IMG/VR virus record: IMGVR_UViG_3300047476_000704
Location: 130,857-194,856 of that record
Reading direction: 5' to 3' (one strand)
Length of the DNA stretch: 64,000 nucleotides
Origin: a virus
A program made the translations under genes and the position numbers. Of the stretch, positions 48,751-57,081 are shown one piece after another (the stretch's first letter is position 1; each line of letters starts with the position of its first letter). Under the pieces are notes generated by a model. The model had not been told where the DNA came from, searched no databases, and worked only from the letters and a program-made list of their open reading frames with translations.

Positions 48751-48795
48751 AGTCTTAATTATTATAGGTTTATTTCCTATAAATATCGCAGACAC

Positions 48796-48829
48796 AAAAA
48801 AAGTAGTAGATAAAATCCACTACTTTTTT
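48796..48829 (-). terminator. intrinsic (possibly bidirectional) terminator
   Basis: GTAGTGGA/TCTACTAC stem flanked by A- and T-runs. Confidence 0.7.
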
Positions 48830-48960
48830 ATAATCGAGTTAAACATAAAATCTTTTGTACGGGAGGTTGGTGGGGGTTCGGCTTTGTTTCTTTGGGAGTA
48901 ACTATGGACCAAATTGTTGTCCCCACCAACATCGTACTTTATCGTAACCTTAATTTGTAT
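48796..48960 (-). ncRNA. candidate small RNA between promoter and terminator
   Basis: Perfect 10-bp inverted repeat 48866-75/48921-30; only a 34-codon ORF. Confidence 0.35.
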
Positions 48961-48964
48961 AGTT

Positions 48965-48995
48965 CAAAGATACGAAATATTTTCCAACAATCAAA
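48965..48995 (-). promoter_or_regulatory. Bacteroidota-type promoter (no long ORF downstream)
   Basis: TTTG-N19-TATCTTTG. Confidence 0.7.
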
Positions 48996-49138
48996 ATGTT
49001 TTAAGGTTTTTTTTAAAATTGTACTATATAAAGAACCTTTTTTAACTTATTGGGAAAATCCTATTTTTTTGATGTTTTTAGTATTTTTCTAATATTTATA
49101 TACAAATAATTATATTTAAATAGATAAAATACAAAACA

Positions 49139-49276
49139 ATGCAATTACTTTTAATTCTTACTTTATGTGCTAGTTTAGTTAGCGGTATATTAGTTAAATT
49201 CAATACGGATTCTAAACCAGCTAAACATCGTTCTCACTTAAAAAATTTGGATACGAATAAATTGTGGCCTAACTAA
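49139..49276 (+). CDS. 45-aa membrane-anchored peptide; only plausible + strand CDS
   Basis: MQLLLILTLCASLVSGILVKF...; A-rich leader; late motif in + orientation at 49093-49100. Confidence 0.55.
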   Translation: MQLLLILTLCASLVSGILVKFNTDSKPAKHRSHLKNLDTNKLWPN

Positions 49277-49437
49277 AAGAAAAAAGCCACAAATAAAATT
49301 ATTCCACCCAACCAAGCAGTTTCTCTACGGAATTGAGAAGTTCTGAAAAAGAATAAACCATTCTCTTCCAAACTATACATTAGGTTTATAGCCCAATATA
49401 CGATAAGAAATCCAATAGCGGTACTTACATTTATCAT
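49273..49437 (-). CDS. 54-aa two-TM membrane protein
   Basis: Manual translation MINVSTAIGFLIVYWAINL...; overlaps the upstream stop. Confidence 0.5.
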   Translation of the reverse strand: MINVSTAIGFLIVYWAINLMYSLEENGLFFFRTSQFRRETAWLGGIILFVAFFF

Positions 49438-49541
49438 TTCTTAAGTCCGTTTAATTTCTTTTTATCTGCTCGTAATTGCTTTGCAATATATTTTACCCAT
49501 TGATTATAGGTTAATCCAAATTCGTTTCTTTGTACTGCCAT
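49434..49541 (-). CDS. 35-aa hypothetical protein
   Basis: MAVQRNEFGLTYNQWVKYIAKQLR...; coupled to both neighbours. Confidence 0.5.
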   Translation of the reverse strand: MAVQRNEFGLTYNQWVKYIAKQLRADKKKLNGLKK

Positions 49542-49786
49542 TATTTTATGTATTGAGATAGTAAACGATATGAGTATTGTAACATATACTCTTGAAAATC
49601 TTTTTGGTTTGTAAAATCAACCGATTCAGTTTTTATATAATCAGTACAGAAGGAAGCCAGTTGTTCCGGCTCCTCATCTATATCTGACCTTAAGTCCATT
49701 ATCGCCTCTTTATATCCAGTTTGATAACCGGAATCGTAAAGCTCAAGCAAATCAGAGACTTGTGTGGTTGAGTTTTGTAAATTCAT
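49541..49786 (-). CDS. hypothetical protein (start moved to MNLQN)
   Basis: Track ORF trimmed to limit overlap with KTSC gene. Confidence 0.5.
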   Translation of the reverse strand: MNLQNSTTQVSDLLELYDSGYQTGYKEAIMDLRSDIDEEPEQLASFCTDYIKTESVDFTNQKDFQEYMLQYSYRLLSQYIK

Positions 49787-49994
49787 ATTTGTTGTAGAAA
49801 AGTTCAGCAAATACTCTACCTTTTGATTCAGCAGATGCAAATTCTTCAAATACTTCGGTTGGTACATTTTTATACACATAAGTAATCGCAGTATGGCTAC
49901 TCTTAAAATGTAATACCATATCTAATGTTTCATCATTGTGTGATGCTGAATGTACTGTACTACTATCAGCTTCTGAATTAAATTCTCTAATCAT
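49752..49994 (-). CDS. KTSC domain protein
   Basis: SSTV..A.H..ETL.MVLHFK....YVYKNVP.EVFEEF.SAESKG. Confidence 0.85.
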   Translation of the reverse strand: MIREFNSEADSSTVHSASHNDETLDMVLHFKSSHTAITYVYKNVPTEVFEEFASAESKGRVFAELFYNKYEFTKLNHTSL

Positions 49995-50196
49995 TTTTAT
50001 TTTGTTTTGGTTCTGTAATTGATAATATAAATATAACTAATGTAGCTACGATAATAGGTACATATATAGGGGCAAATACTATCCAATATGGAATATCTAT
50101 ATACCACTCCCATTTTATGAGTAACATACTCAATGTTAAAAATATTGTAGTTGCCATAAAGGCATCCCCTAATGAATTGAACTTTCTATCATTCAT
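49987..50196 (-). CDS. small membrane protein
   Basis: LIKW..IDIPYWIVFAPIY, two TM segments. Confidence 0.6.
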   Translation of the reverse strand: MNDRKFNSLGDAFMATTIFLTLSMLLIKWEWYIDIPYWIVFAPIYVPIIVATLVIFILSITEPKQNKND

Positions 50197-50198
50197 AA

Positions 50199-50447
50199 TT
50201 ATTCATTTATAAAGTTCTCACCAAACTCTGCTTTCAGGTCACGTGTAATACCATTTGGTTTTCCACTACGAAGCGATTTATCGGCTTGTAATTCTAAAAA
50301 CAATTGAGTAGCGTAACGCTGGGCGTTCTCTGGTGTAATAAATGTCTTTAATTTATCACCAGCTTTGTTGAATACATTATATACAACACCCAATGAAGAT
50401 GATTGACTTTCTTTAATAATAAACGGATTCTTTTTCAATTGTGCCAT
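50199..50447 (-). CDS. hypothetical protein
   Basis: 82-aa ORF. Confidence 0.55.
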   Translation of the reverse strand: MAQLKKNPFIIKESQSSSLGVVYNVFNKAGDKLKTFITPENAQRYATQLFLELQADKSLRSGKPNGITRDLKAEFGENFINE

Positions 50448-50473
50448 TTTAGTATTTGTTTAAGATTTAAGAA

Positions 50474-50656
50474 TTAGTGATTACGGCGTCCTCCGCCTCC
50501 TTGTGAAAAAAGGGATTGTGAACTTGCATTTCCCAATGGATTCCATTCCCTACTAACGGTAACACGACCTTTCTCAACATATCGTTGACCATTTAAACTA
50601 GCAGCTTCTGCTCTCAAAGCAGCGATTCTTTTTTCAATTGAAGTTTGATTACTCAT
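50474..50656 (-). CDS. hypothetical protein
   Basis: 60-aa ORF directly behind early promoter. Confidence 0.55.
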   Translation of the reverse strand: MSNQTSIEKRIAALRAEAASLNGQRYVEKGRVTVSREWNPLGNASSQSLFSQGGGGRRNH

Positions 50657-50692
50657 AGATTTATTGTTTTATGTTGAACTCTTATTACCTTA

Positions 50693-50724
50693 TAAAGATA
50701 AGTAAAAAAAATGGGAAAGTCAAG
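50693..50724 (-). promoter_or_regulatory. Bacteroidota-type early promoter
   Basis: CTTG-N20-TATCTTTA. Confidence 0.7.
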
Positions 50725-50746
50725 TCTTTCCCAAAATATTTTTTAA

Positions 50747-51019
50747 TTATTTTACATAAATAAATTTACGATTTCGATTTTCTTTTGCAATCTCCTCTTC
50801 CTTTTTCCATTCGTTAATTTGATTTAGTGCATCTTGTTGTTTATTAAATGAATAATAATGCTCAACCCAAATGGGAAATGGGTACGATGCTGGAATAATG
50901 CGTCTAGATGCCACAAAGTATTCAGCAGTTTCCGTTTTGTGGATTTCAATACGATAAGAACTACAACTTGCTACCAATACTCCCACTAATAGCAACACTC
51001 CCAATTTTAGTTTTAACAT
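50747..51019 (-). CDS. lipoprotein
   Basis: MLKLKLGVLLLVGVLVAS-C lipobox. Confidence 0.7.
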   Translation of the reverse strand: MLKLKLGVLLLVGVLVASCSSYRIEIHKTETAEYFVASRRIIPASYPFPIWVEHYYSFNKQQDALNQINEWKKEEEIAKENRNRKFIYVK

Positions 51020-51028
51020 TATTTTTTA

Positions 51029-51664
51029 TTAGTTTAATTTTAATAATCCACCAATTCCAAAATATGCATTTGGCCGCATTGTACCTTCATGCACATTACC
51101 CCCAACTTGGAACTGAATTAAATTATCATTTAAGGATTTACGAACAATTGATAATCCAAATGATTGTAATGGTTGTGTAAAGTTTGTAGTAATATGTGGT
51201 CCCATATACCATTGTACTGTTTTAGGGCGATAAATTTCTACAATCTTTTCTTTAATTTGTGGTTTAATATCAGCTAACCACTTTCTACTTACCAAACGAT
51301 TATGTGAAATGGTATCGGTAATTTGAATATTACCCACACCATCTTCTAATGTAATTGTTTCTTTGTGTACATTTGTTGGATAGTATTGTTGTAAGATTGC
51401 CACCGTATCTAATGCAGTTACTGGTGTTTGTACATTTACAATTTTATATTCCGGTACTTTTACAATTTCCTTTTTAACAACAACTTTTGTTTTTGTCTTT
51501 GGTACAATTTTAGTTTGGGTTACATTGATTGGTTGGATTATATTGTAAGTCTTTGTACCTATAATTTTTCCATCTTTGTATGTTTTAACACGCAATACTT
51601 TTGGTGTTTGTCCAAATGCTAACACTCCCGATAGCATGAGTAATCCTAATAATACTTTTTTCAT
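51029..51664 (-). CDS. secreted protein with C-terminal beta-strands; paralogue of 3466..4125
   Basis: Signal peptide MKKVLLGLLMLSGVLAFG; shared TDTIS.N....RKW block. Confidence 0.55.
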   Translation of the reverse strand: MKKVLLGLLMLSGVLAFGQTPKVLRVKTYKDGKIIGTKTYNIIQPINVTQTKIVPKTKTKVVVKKEIVKVPEYKIVNVQTPVTALDTVAILQQYYPTNVHKETITLEDGVGNIQITDTISHNRLVSRKWLADIKPQIKEKIVEIYRPKTVQWYMGPHITTNFTQPLQSFGLSIVRKSLNDNLIQFQVGGNVHEGTMRPNAYFGIGGLLKLN

Positions 51665-52332
51665 TATCTATAATTTTCTACTATTTCATGATGGTCATTA
51701 AACATCATACTTTTAATTGGTTGGTTTTTCATAATAGATAAAACCTCTTTCATTTCAATTGGAAATAAATTATTACCTTCCACACCAACATCCATCATCT
51801 TTCCAGGTCCAACTCTACGATTTGGTGGTAAGTGAACGTGGCCATGCAAATGTATAAATCCTCTTGCTAAATTATCCCAGCTTGCAATTGGAAAGTGCAT
51901 GAGTATAAACTTTGCCTCATCTTGCATTGGTGTACCAACATTCCACTTTACAACCAAATCTAAAATATTATTTACAGAAGAAAATAACTCTTGTATGTTT
52001 TCTTTGTTTTTGGCTATATGCTGGTCGTGGTTTCCTAAAATAAGATGAATGTTTTTACATACCAATCTATCTCTAAACTGACGGATACTATCAAATCCAC
52101 CAAAACTCCAATCACCCAAATGGAACAAAATATCATCTTGCCCAACTACCTCGTTTATACCCTCTACCAATCTATCGTTCATAGCTTCCAAAGATTTGAA
52201 CTCTCTGAAATTAGAACCAACCGGTCCGTTATCCCTATTCCAAGTTGTGGTAGCAGAGCAGATGTTAGCATGGTTAAAGTGAGTATCACTTGTAAACCAT
52301 AATTTCTGTCCTTTGTTTAGTGTAATTTTCAT
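51664..52332 (-). CDS. calcineurin-like metallophosphoesterase
   Basis: SDTHFNH, HLGD, GNHD, MHFP, HGHVH. Confidence 0.92.
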   Translation of the reverse strand: MKITLNKGQKLWFTSDTHFNHANICSATTTWNRDNGPVGSNFREFKSLEAMNDRLVEGINEVVGQDDILFHLGDWSFGGFDSIRQFRDRLVCKNIHLILGNHDQHIAKNKENIQELFSSVNNILDLVVKWNVGTPMQDEAKFILMHFPIASWDNLARGFIHLHGHVHLPPNRRVGPGKMMDVGVEGNNLFPIEMKEVLSIMKNQPIKSMMFNDHHEIVENYR

Positions 52333-52336
52333 ATAT

Positions 52337-52368
52337 CAAAGGTAAGTAAAAAAATCCACAAATCCAAA
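52337..52368 (-). promoter_or_regulatory. Bacteroidota-type early promoter
   Basis: TTTG-N20-TACCTTTG; 29 nt identical to 56656-56684. Confidence 0.8.
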
Positions 52369-52371
52369 TGT

Positions 52372-52812
52372 TTAATCGAAAAATTCTACAATAATTCCAG
52401 CTTCTTTAAACATTTGATTTGAGCGTTCTGCCGATTCTTGCCACTTTGGGCTCATAGCACCTTTACCACTTCGTAGTACAATCTTCTTTACACCTGCTGA
52501 TATAATTGCTCTTGCACAATCTGCACAACTAATACCACAAGTCATATACATAGTAGTACCTAATGTAGATACACCTATACGAGCTGCGTTGTAAATACAA
52601 TTCCGTTCCGCGTGTTCAAACCAAAAGTATTTCTCTGGCTTTTCTTGTCTTTCTACAACATCATCGTTGATACCACGAGGAAATGAGTTATAGCCGGTAG
52701 ATACAATCTCATTGTTCTCACCAACTAATACAACACCAATTTTTGTATTATTATCTTTTGATTTCAACTTCACCTGTTCGGCAATGTTGATAAAATATTC
52801 ATCCCAATTCAT
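52372..52812 (-). CDS. dCMP deaminase
   Basis: GYNSFPRG, HAERN, SCADC. Confidence 0.92.
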   Translation of the reverse strand: MNWDEYFINIAEQVKLKSKDNNTKIGVVLVGENNEIVSTGYNSFPRGINDDVVERQEKPEKYFWFEHAERNCIYNAARIGVSTLGTTMYMTCGISCADCARAIISAGVKKIVLRSGKGAMSPKWQESAERSNQMFKEAGIIVEFFD

Positions 52813-53186
52813 TATCCTATAACTTCTCTTATGTAACTTCTTATAAATAAATAAAGTAATTCGTATTGTTTGATTACTACTAATGGTATTACAGTATCTT
52901 TGTCAATAGTGGCTAATGGTGTTCCACCTTCCCATAGAGTAGTGTGCAATCTACAAATATCAGTATCCTTACCTCTCTCATCTATCCAGTTTTGGATTTT
53001 TCGTTCTAATATAAAATAACCTGAATATTTTGTACCTTTTACATTATTCGTATAACTAAATGAAAATGAATATTTTTCATCAGCCGTTGCCATTGCATCT
53101 ATACTAAACTCAAACAACTCACTATTACTACCTTGTTGTTTTTTACCGATTAGTAAATCTATATTTTCTATGTTTATCTTCTTCAT
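52812..53186 (-). CDS. hypothetical protein, possibly a distant MLTIxN-family member
   Basis: MKKINIEN..L.G..Y.F..ILER pattern. Confidence 0.5.
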   Translation of the reverse strand: MKKINIENIDLLIGKKQQGSNSELFEFSIDAMATADEKYSFSFSYTNNVKGTKYSGYFILERKIQNWIDERGKDTDICRLHTTLWEGGTPLATIDKDTVIPLVVIKQYELLYLFIRSYIREVIG

Positions 53187-53224
53187 ATGTTTAACTGATT
53201 AAAGTGCAATATAGGTATAATAAT

Positions 53225-53440
53225 TTACTTTTCCAAATTTTTAACACCATATTTTATGTATTTGTACCAAAATCTTTCGTGAAGAAAATAGATGAATGGT
53301 TTTAAGAATAACTCACCCAAGCCAAAGGCGGCTCCAATACGAACATCACCACTCAAATACCACATTGTTAAGAAACCAACGGTGGTACTGATTATTCTAT
53401 AACTAATTGTTTTTAGTATGTGTCGTTTTACGTCTACCAT
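53225..53440 (-). CDS. DUF2061-like small membrane protein
   Basis: RHILKTISYRI..K...YF.HERFW. Confidence 0.8.
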   Translation of the reverse strand: MVDVKRHILKTISYRIISTTVGFLTMWYLSGDVRIGAAFGLGELFLKPFIYFLHERFWYKYIKYGVKNLEK

Positions 53441-53996
53441 TTTTTGTAACTACATAATCTATAATAAAGTGTACCCTATCCTCATCGCTTAAATTTTCAA
53501 CAGAGTGTCCTTTTGAATTATCAATTTCCCAAATCTCACCCTCCTTCATATTTTTTTCTTCCATTTCAGGATAACCTACTATAAAAAATACTTCTGGATT
53601 TGTTATTAAAGCAATATGTGTTCTGCGTGGAATCACCAATCCTCTACCCGTATCCGCATGTGGGGTTATATCGTGATTTGCCAATAGCTTAACTAATATA
53701 ACTCTGTTAAAATAACCATCACCATATTTTTGTCTATATAATGGTTCAATCTTGTCTAAAAACTTTTGGATTTCCAATTCATAAAATAAAGGATGTTTTT
53801 CTGATACTTCTAATGTATCAACATTTTCTATATCCCACATCAATGGTAAAGATTCTGTATATCTATGTGCATCATACATCTCTTGTCGTTTTGTATATGC
53901 TTTCCAATACGATTCATCCAACGATTTAACTTTATGTTTTAAATCGGATACATCAACAATACCAACATAATTATAGTTTACATAATCAACTGCCAT
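53403..53996 (-). CDS. aspartyl/asparaginyl beta-hydroxylase-family 2OG-Fe(II) oxygenase
   Basis: ITPHAD..RTHIAL.TN..EGEIWEIDN...HSVEN...DRVHFIID. Confidence 0.85.
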   Translation of the reverse strand: MAVDYVNYNYVGIVDVSDLKHKVKSLDESYWKAYTKRQEMYDAHRYTESLPLMWDIENVDTLEVSEKHPLFYELEIQKFLDKIEPLYRQKYGDGYFNRVILVKLLANHDITPHADTGRGLVIPRRTHIALITNPEVFFIVGYPEMEEKNMKEGEIWEIDNSKGHSVENLSDEDRVHFIIDYVVTKNGRRKTTHTKNN

Positions 53997-54007
53997 AATA
54001 TATTATA

Positions 54008-55159
54008 TTAATTATCTTCATTTTTAAAAGGTTTTTCATACTTGGGTTTAATCATACTCCAAATTAAATGGTCGTATGGTTTTTTATCCCACATCTTAAA
54101 CATCACCGCAGATAATTCTTTTGGGAATTGTTTAGTATATTCAGCAAACTCTTTTTTAGTTGGTTCTACTTCCTTATCATTATACTTACCATAACGGAAT
54201 CCATCATGCAACTTACCTGCTCTTTCATCTATTGAGTAGAAACTATATCGCAAGTTCATAACCACTGCTTTCACCCATTTATCAAACTCATCGGGTACTC
54301 TCTCCAAAAATGGTTCTAATGGTTCACCATTCTTCAATAGTTCCCAAATATCTTTGGTAGAAAAATTAGTAAGGATTCTATGTAATCTCACATACTCATC
54401 ACCTTTAATCTTCATTCGCATACCACCTGAAAAACGAATTACATATCCTTCGGAATCATTTGAAATCATTTTTTTCAATTTGGTATAATCATTCACACCA
54501 TCGTATCTATTAACAATATCCCATCCCTCATTCACCATCTCATCAACCTCAACCTCTTTACCGGTTTCGTTATTGTAAGCACCTAACACAACCAATTTTT
54601 CCTCATCACCATAATCTACAACGATTCGATTTTCAGGATAAATGATTTCAACTAAATAAGTGTAGCCAGGTATTAAAGCAGTTTTGCTTAATTTATCTAA
54701 TAACTCCTTACCTTTGATAGCTTGTTCGGATGTAAATGAACCACGAGTTGCCATATGCCACTCACCTTCGTAGTGGAATATAATACCCAACGAACCATCC
54801 ATCTTTTCAAATACTTCAAAGGGCTCATTTGGAATGACACTACGCATTTCCCAACCACCGCATTCTTCAGGGTGAGCACAGTTAATCATACCTGATTTTC
54901 TACACCCTTCACAATGTGCATACTTATCATCTTTAATTTCTTCGTAGTTAAAGAACTTTGGGAATGGTTTGGCAATAACATTACCTTCGTTATCCAATAC
55001 TAAACCTCTACAAGCCAATGTATATCTATCCCAATTACCATCGTATTGTGTGGTGCGGGAATAGTTGTATATAGACAACGGAAGTGTAGGGTGATTTTGT
55101 TTAATCACCTTACCCGTATCAATATAATGTTTATGTAAAAGTTCTAAATTGTATTTCAT
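54008..55159 (-). CDS. RNA ligase (T4 Rnl1-like) with Cys-rich insertion
   Basis: CRGLV..PFPKFFN; EKMDGSLG; EII; EGYVI; KIK..YVRLH. Confidence 0.9.
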   Translation of the reverse strand: MKYNLELLHKHYIDTGKVIKQNHPTLPLSIYNYSRTTQYDGNWDRYTLACRGLVLDNEGNVIAKPFPKFFNYEEIKDDKYAHCEGCRKSGMINCAHPEECGGWEMRSVIPNEPFEVFEKMDGSLGIIFHYEGEWHMATRGSFTSEQAIKGKELLDKLSKTALIPGYTYLVEIIYPENRIVVDYGDEEKLVVLGAYNNETGKEVEVDEMVNEGWDIVNRYDGVNDYTKLKKMISNDSEGYVIRFSGGMRMKIKGDEYVRLHRILTNFSTKDIWELLKNGEPLEPFLERVPDEFDKWVKAVVMNLRYSFYSIDERAGKLHDGFRYGKYNDKEVEPTKKEFAEYTKQFPKELSAVMFKMWDKKPYDHLIWSMIKPKYEKPFKNEDN

Positions 55160-55162
55160 AAC

Positions 55163-55423
55163 TTATTTTTTAATAAACTCAAAAATGTGCCAAACAAATT
55201 GACCATCCTGAATTGTGTTGATATATGTAAAATTATCTGCTTCTGGAAAGTCATGTCCAGTACCAACTATTGTAAAATATCTAAAATCACATTCTGCATC
55301 AGTATCTACCAATGCCCATATATAAGGTAGACCATTTTGTGTTTGGATTGTTAGTACCTTTGCTCCAATTGGCATTTCAATACCTCTACCATCTTTAAGT
55401 TCGTATTTGTAAATCCGTTTCAT
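55163..55423 (-). CDS. conserved hypothetical phage protein
   Basis: IYKY.L..P.GA.VL..Q.Q....WALVD..GTGH. Confidence 0.65.
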   Translation of the reverse strand: MKRIYKYELKDGRGIEMPIGAKVLTIQTQNGLPYIWALVDTDAECDFRYFTIVGTGHDFPEADNFTYINTIQDGQFVWHIFEFIKK

Positions 55424-55426
55424 AAT

Positions 55427-55810
55427 TTATAATTTTACTTCAAAACGATTTCTCATATTACCCAAAGATGCATCGGGTACATTGTGGATACTCTTACCTT
55501 CGTGTCGGTTCTCTACGATTACTGATGTTACTTTGTACCCGTAGGTTTTAGCCAACTCATAGTAATCTTCCATCTCCCACTCTTGCGTAAATGTGTTTGA
55601 TACTATTACCTTTGGCTTCTCTCTAACCATAAAAGATTCGCATTGTTCTTTACACCAACGATGTGCTTCTTTGATTTTATTAAAATCAAACTTATACTCA
55701 CCATCTACCATAAAGTACATATCTGCCTCACAACGGAAACCACCAATCAATTCAGCGAATGTTGATTTTCCACTACCCGGCAATCCTCTCAATAAGATTA
55801 ACTCTTTCAT
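55427..55810 (-). CDS. polynucleotide kinase-like P-loop kinase (AAA_33)
   Basis: LLRGLPGSGKST, EAD.YF, VSNTF, HNVP. Confidence 0.88.
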   Translation of the reverse strand: MKELILLRGLPGSGKSTFAELIGGFRCEADMYFMVDGEYKFDFNKIKEAHRWCKEQCESFMVREKPKVIVSNTFTQEWEMEDYYELAKTYGYKVTSVIVENRHEGKSIHNVPDASLGNMRNRFEVKL

Positions 55811-56163
55811 TTTTTTTCTTCGTATACTTTAACCGATGGTAAACCACTATACTCACAATATAATTCTTCTTTCTGCTTTCGCATTAATTCTTTGATACTC
55901 TCATCAAAATATACACCATCCGATTCCATATCAGCGATGTTCCGTTGCATTGCATTATACACAATCTGCTTTTCTTTTTTTGTTAATGATTGGTTACTTG
56001 CCAAATTACCAACAAAGTTTACTAAACCGGCACGGGGACCTGATTCTTTGGTATGTTTGTATTCCGTACTTTCCATAACATTGAACTCTCTATACACTGC
56101 GATTCCAAATACAACGAATAAAGTAGCCACTATGGATGTAAGTATTATAACTTCAATATCCAT
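55807..56163 (-). CDS. membrane-anchored hypothetical protein
   Basis: N-terminal TM; C-terminal CEYSGLPS. Confidence 0.6.
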   Translation of the reverse strand: MDIEVIILTSIVATLFVVFGIAVYREFNVMESTEYKHTKESGPRAGLVNFVGNLASNQSLTKKEKQIVYNAMQRNIADMESDGVYFDESIKELMRKQKEELYCEYSGLPSVKVYEEKK

Positions 56164-56342
56164 TATTTTTTTGTTTTAGAGTTTATATAATTTAATAATC
56201 CCAAAATGGTTGGTGGCCACAATCCAATAAAGATTGCCTTATTCACATCATTCTCAACTATGTAGTGATATTCACTAACAAAAATTACAATAATTGTGAT
56301 AACCAAAATCAGTATTTCTGATGTCTTAAAATTCTTAAACAT
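56163..56342 (-). CDS. small membrane protein (start moved to MFKNF)
   Basis: AIFIGLWPPTILGL; two TM segments. Confidence 0.6.
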   Translation of the reverse strand: MFKNFKTSEILILVITIIVIFVSEYHYIVENDVNKAIFIGLWPPTILGLLNYINSKTKK

Positions 56343-56358
56343 ATTTGTTTGTTTTTGA

Positions 56359-56442
56359 TTACATAGTTCCACACTTCAATACCAACAGGCATAAAGCGAA
56401 ACCAATGATAAAAAGTAGTAATGGTGTTTTAATCTCTTGCAT
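56359..56442 (-). CDS. 27-aa hydrophobic peptide
   Basis: MQEIKTPLLLFIIGFALCLLVLKCGTM; TAATG coupling with upstream stop. Confidence 0.4.
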   Translation of the reverse strand: MQEIKTPLLLFIIGFALCLLVLKCGTM

Positions 56443-56633
56443 TATGATTCCTTTTTAATTTGTTTTTTGTGTTTAAGGATAGCTTCACTTAATTCATTGT
56501 ACTCCATTTCCAAATAGTTTGGAATACCTTTCTTCTTTGCAATAAATCTTAACTCATGTAAAAACAATTTGCCTGATTGGATGAATTGTTTAGCAGGGGC
56601 TGCATCGTATTGAAATTCATTTGGGTGTGTCAT
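56442..56633 (-). CDS. Rho N-terminal (HeH)-like small protein (start moved past promoter)
   Basis: LHELRFIAKKKGIPNYLEMEYNELSEAIL. Confidence 0.6.
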   Translation of the reverse strand: MTHPNEFQYDAAPAKQFIQSGKLFLHELRFIAKKKGIPNYLEMEYNELSEAILKHKKQIKKES

Positions 56634-56655
56634 ATATCTTTCTTTTAGTGAATAA

Positions 56656-56687
56656 CAAAGGTAAGTAAAAAAATCCACAAATCCTAA
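56656..56687 (-). promoter_or_regulatory. Bacteroidota-type early promoter
   Basis: TTAG-N20-TACCTTTG; 29 nt identical to 52337-52365. Confidence 0.75.
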
Positions 56688-56703
56688 TTATTTTTACATT
56701 ATT

Positions 56704-57081
56704 TTAAAACGGAAGTGGTCCAAGTCCAAAACGAGGATGATTCACTACATACTGATTGATAATTTGACCTAACCGCATCATAAGATTGTTTGGTGGTTTC
56801 CTTAACCAATTCAAAGTACAAAAGTGTTCATATACTGCAGTTCCATTTTCAAAATCAATAAACACTATCTTATAGACTTTTTCTTTATCTGCACTCACTT
56901 CCATTTCCACATTTCTATGTAATCTAATTATTACAAATTTATTATCAGCATCATACCTGCTACCCATTTTAAATTCGTAATACTCTTCGGTTGGTTTGTA
57001 CATCAACAACGTCCAACCATCAAAGGTATTTAGGATTCTATAATCCTTTAATCTTTCTTCAAAGTTTTGTATTGTTAGCAT
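56704..57081 (-). CDS. MLTIxN-family paralogue
   Basis: Starts ATGCTAACAAT; MLTIQNF. Confidence 0.75.
   Translation of the reverse strand: MLTIQNFEERLKDYRILNTFDGWTLLMYKPTEEYYEFKMGSRYDADNKFVIIRLHRNVEMEVSADKEKVYKIVFIDFENGTAVYEHFCTLNWLRKPPNNLMMRLGQIINQYVVNHPRFGLGPLPF

Noticed and set aside
48892-49092. 66-aa minus-strand ORF and + strand ORFs 48496..48813 and 48713..48901
   Set aside because: They overlap a promoter, terminator or the small basic gene, and no start context supports them
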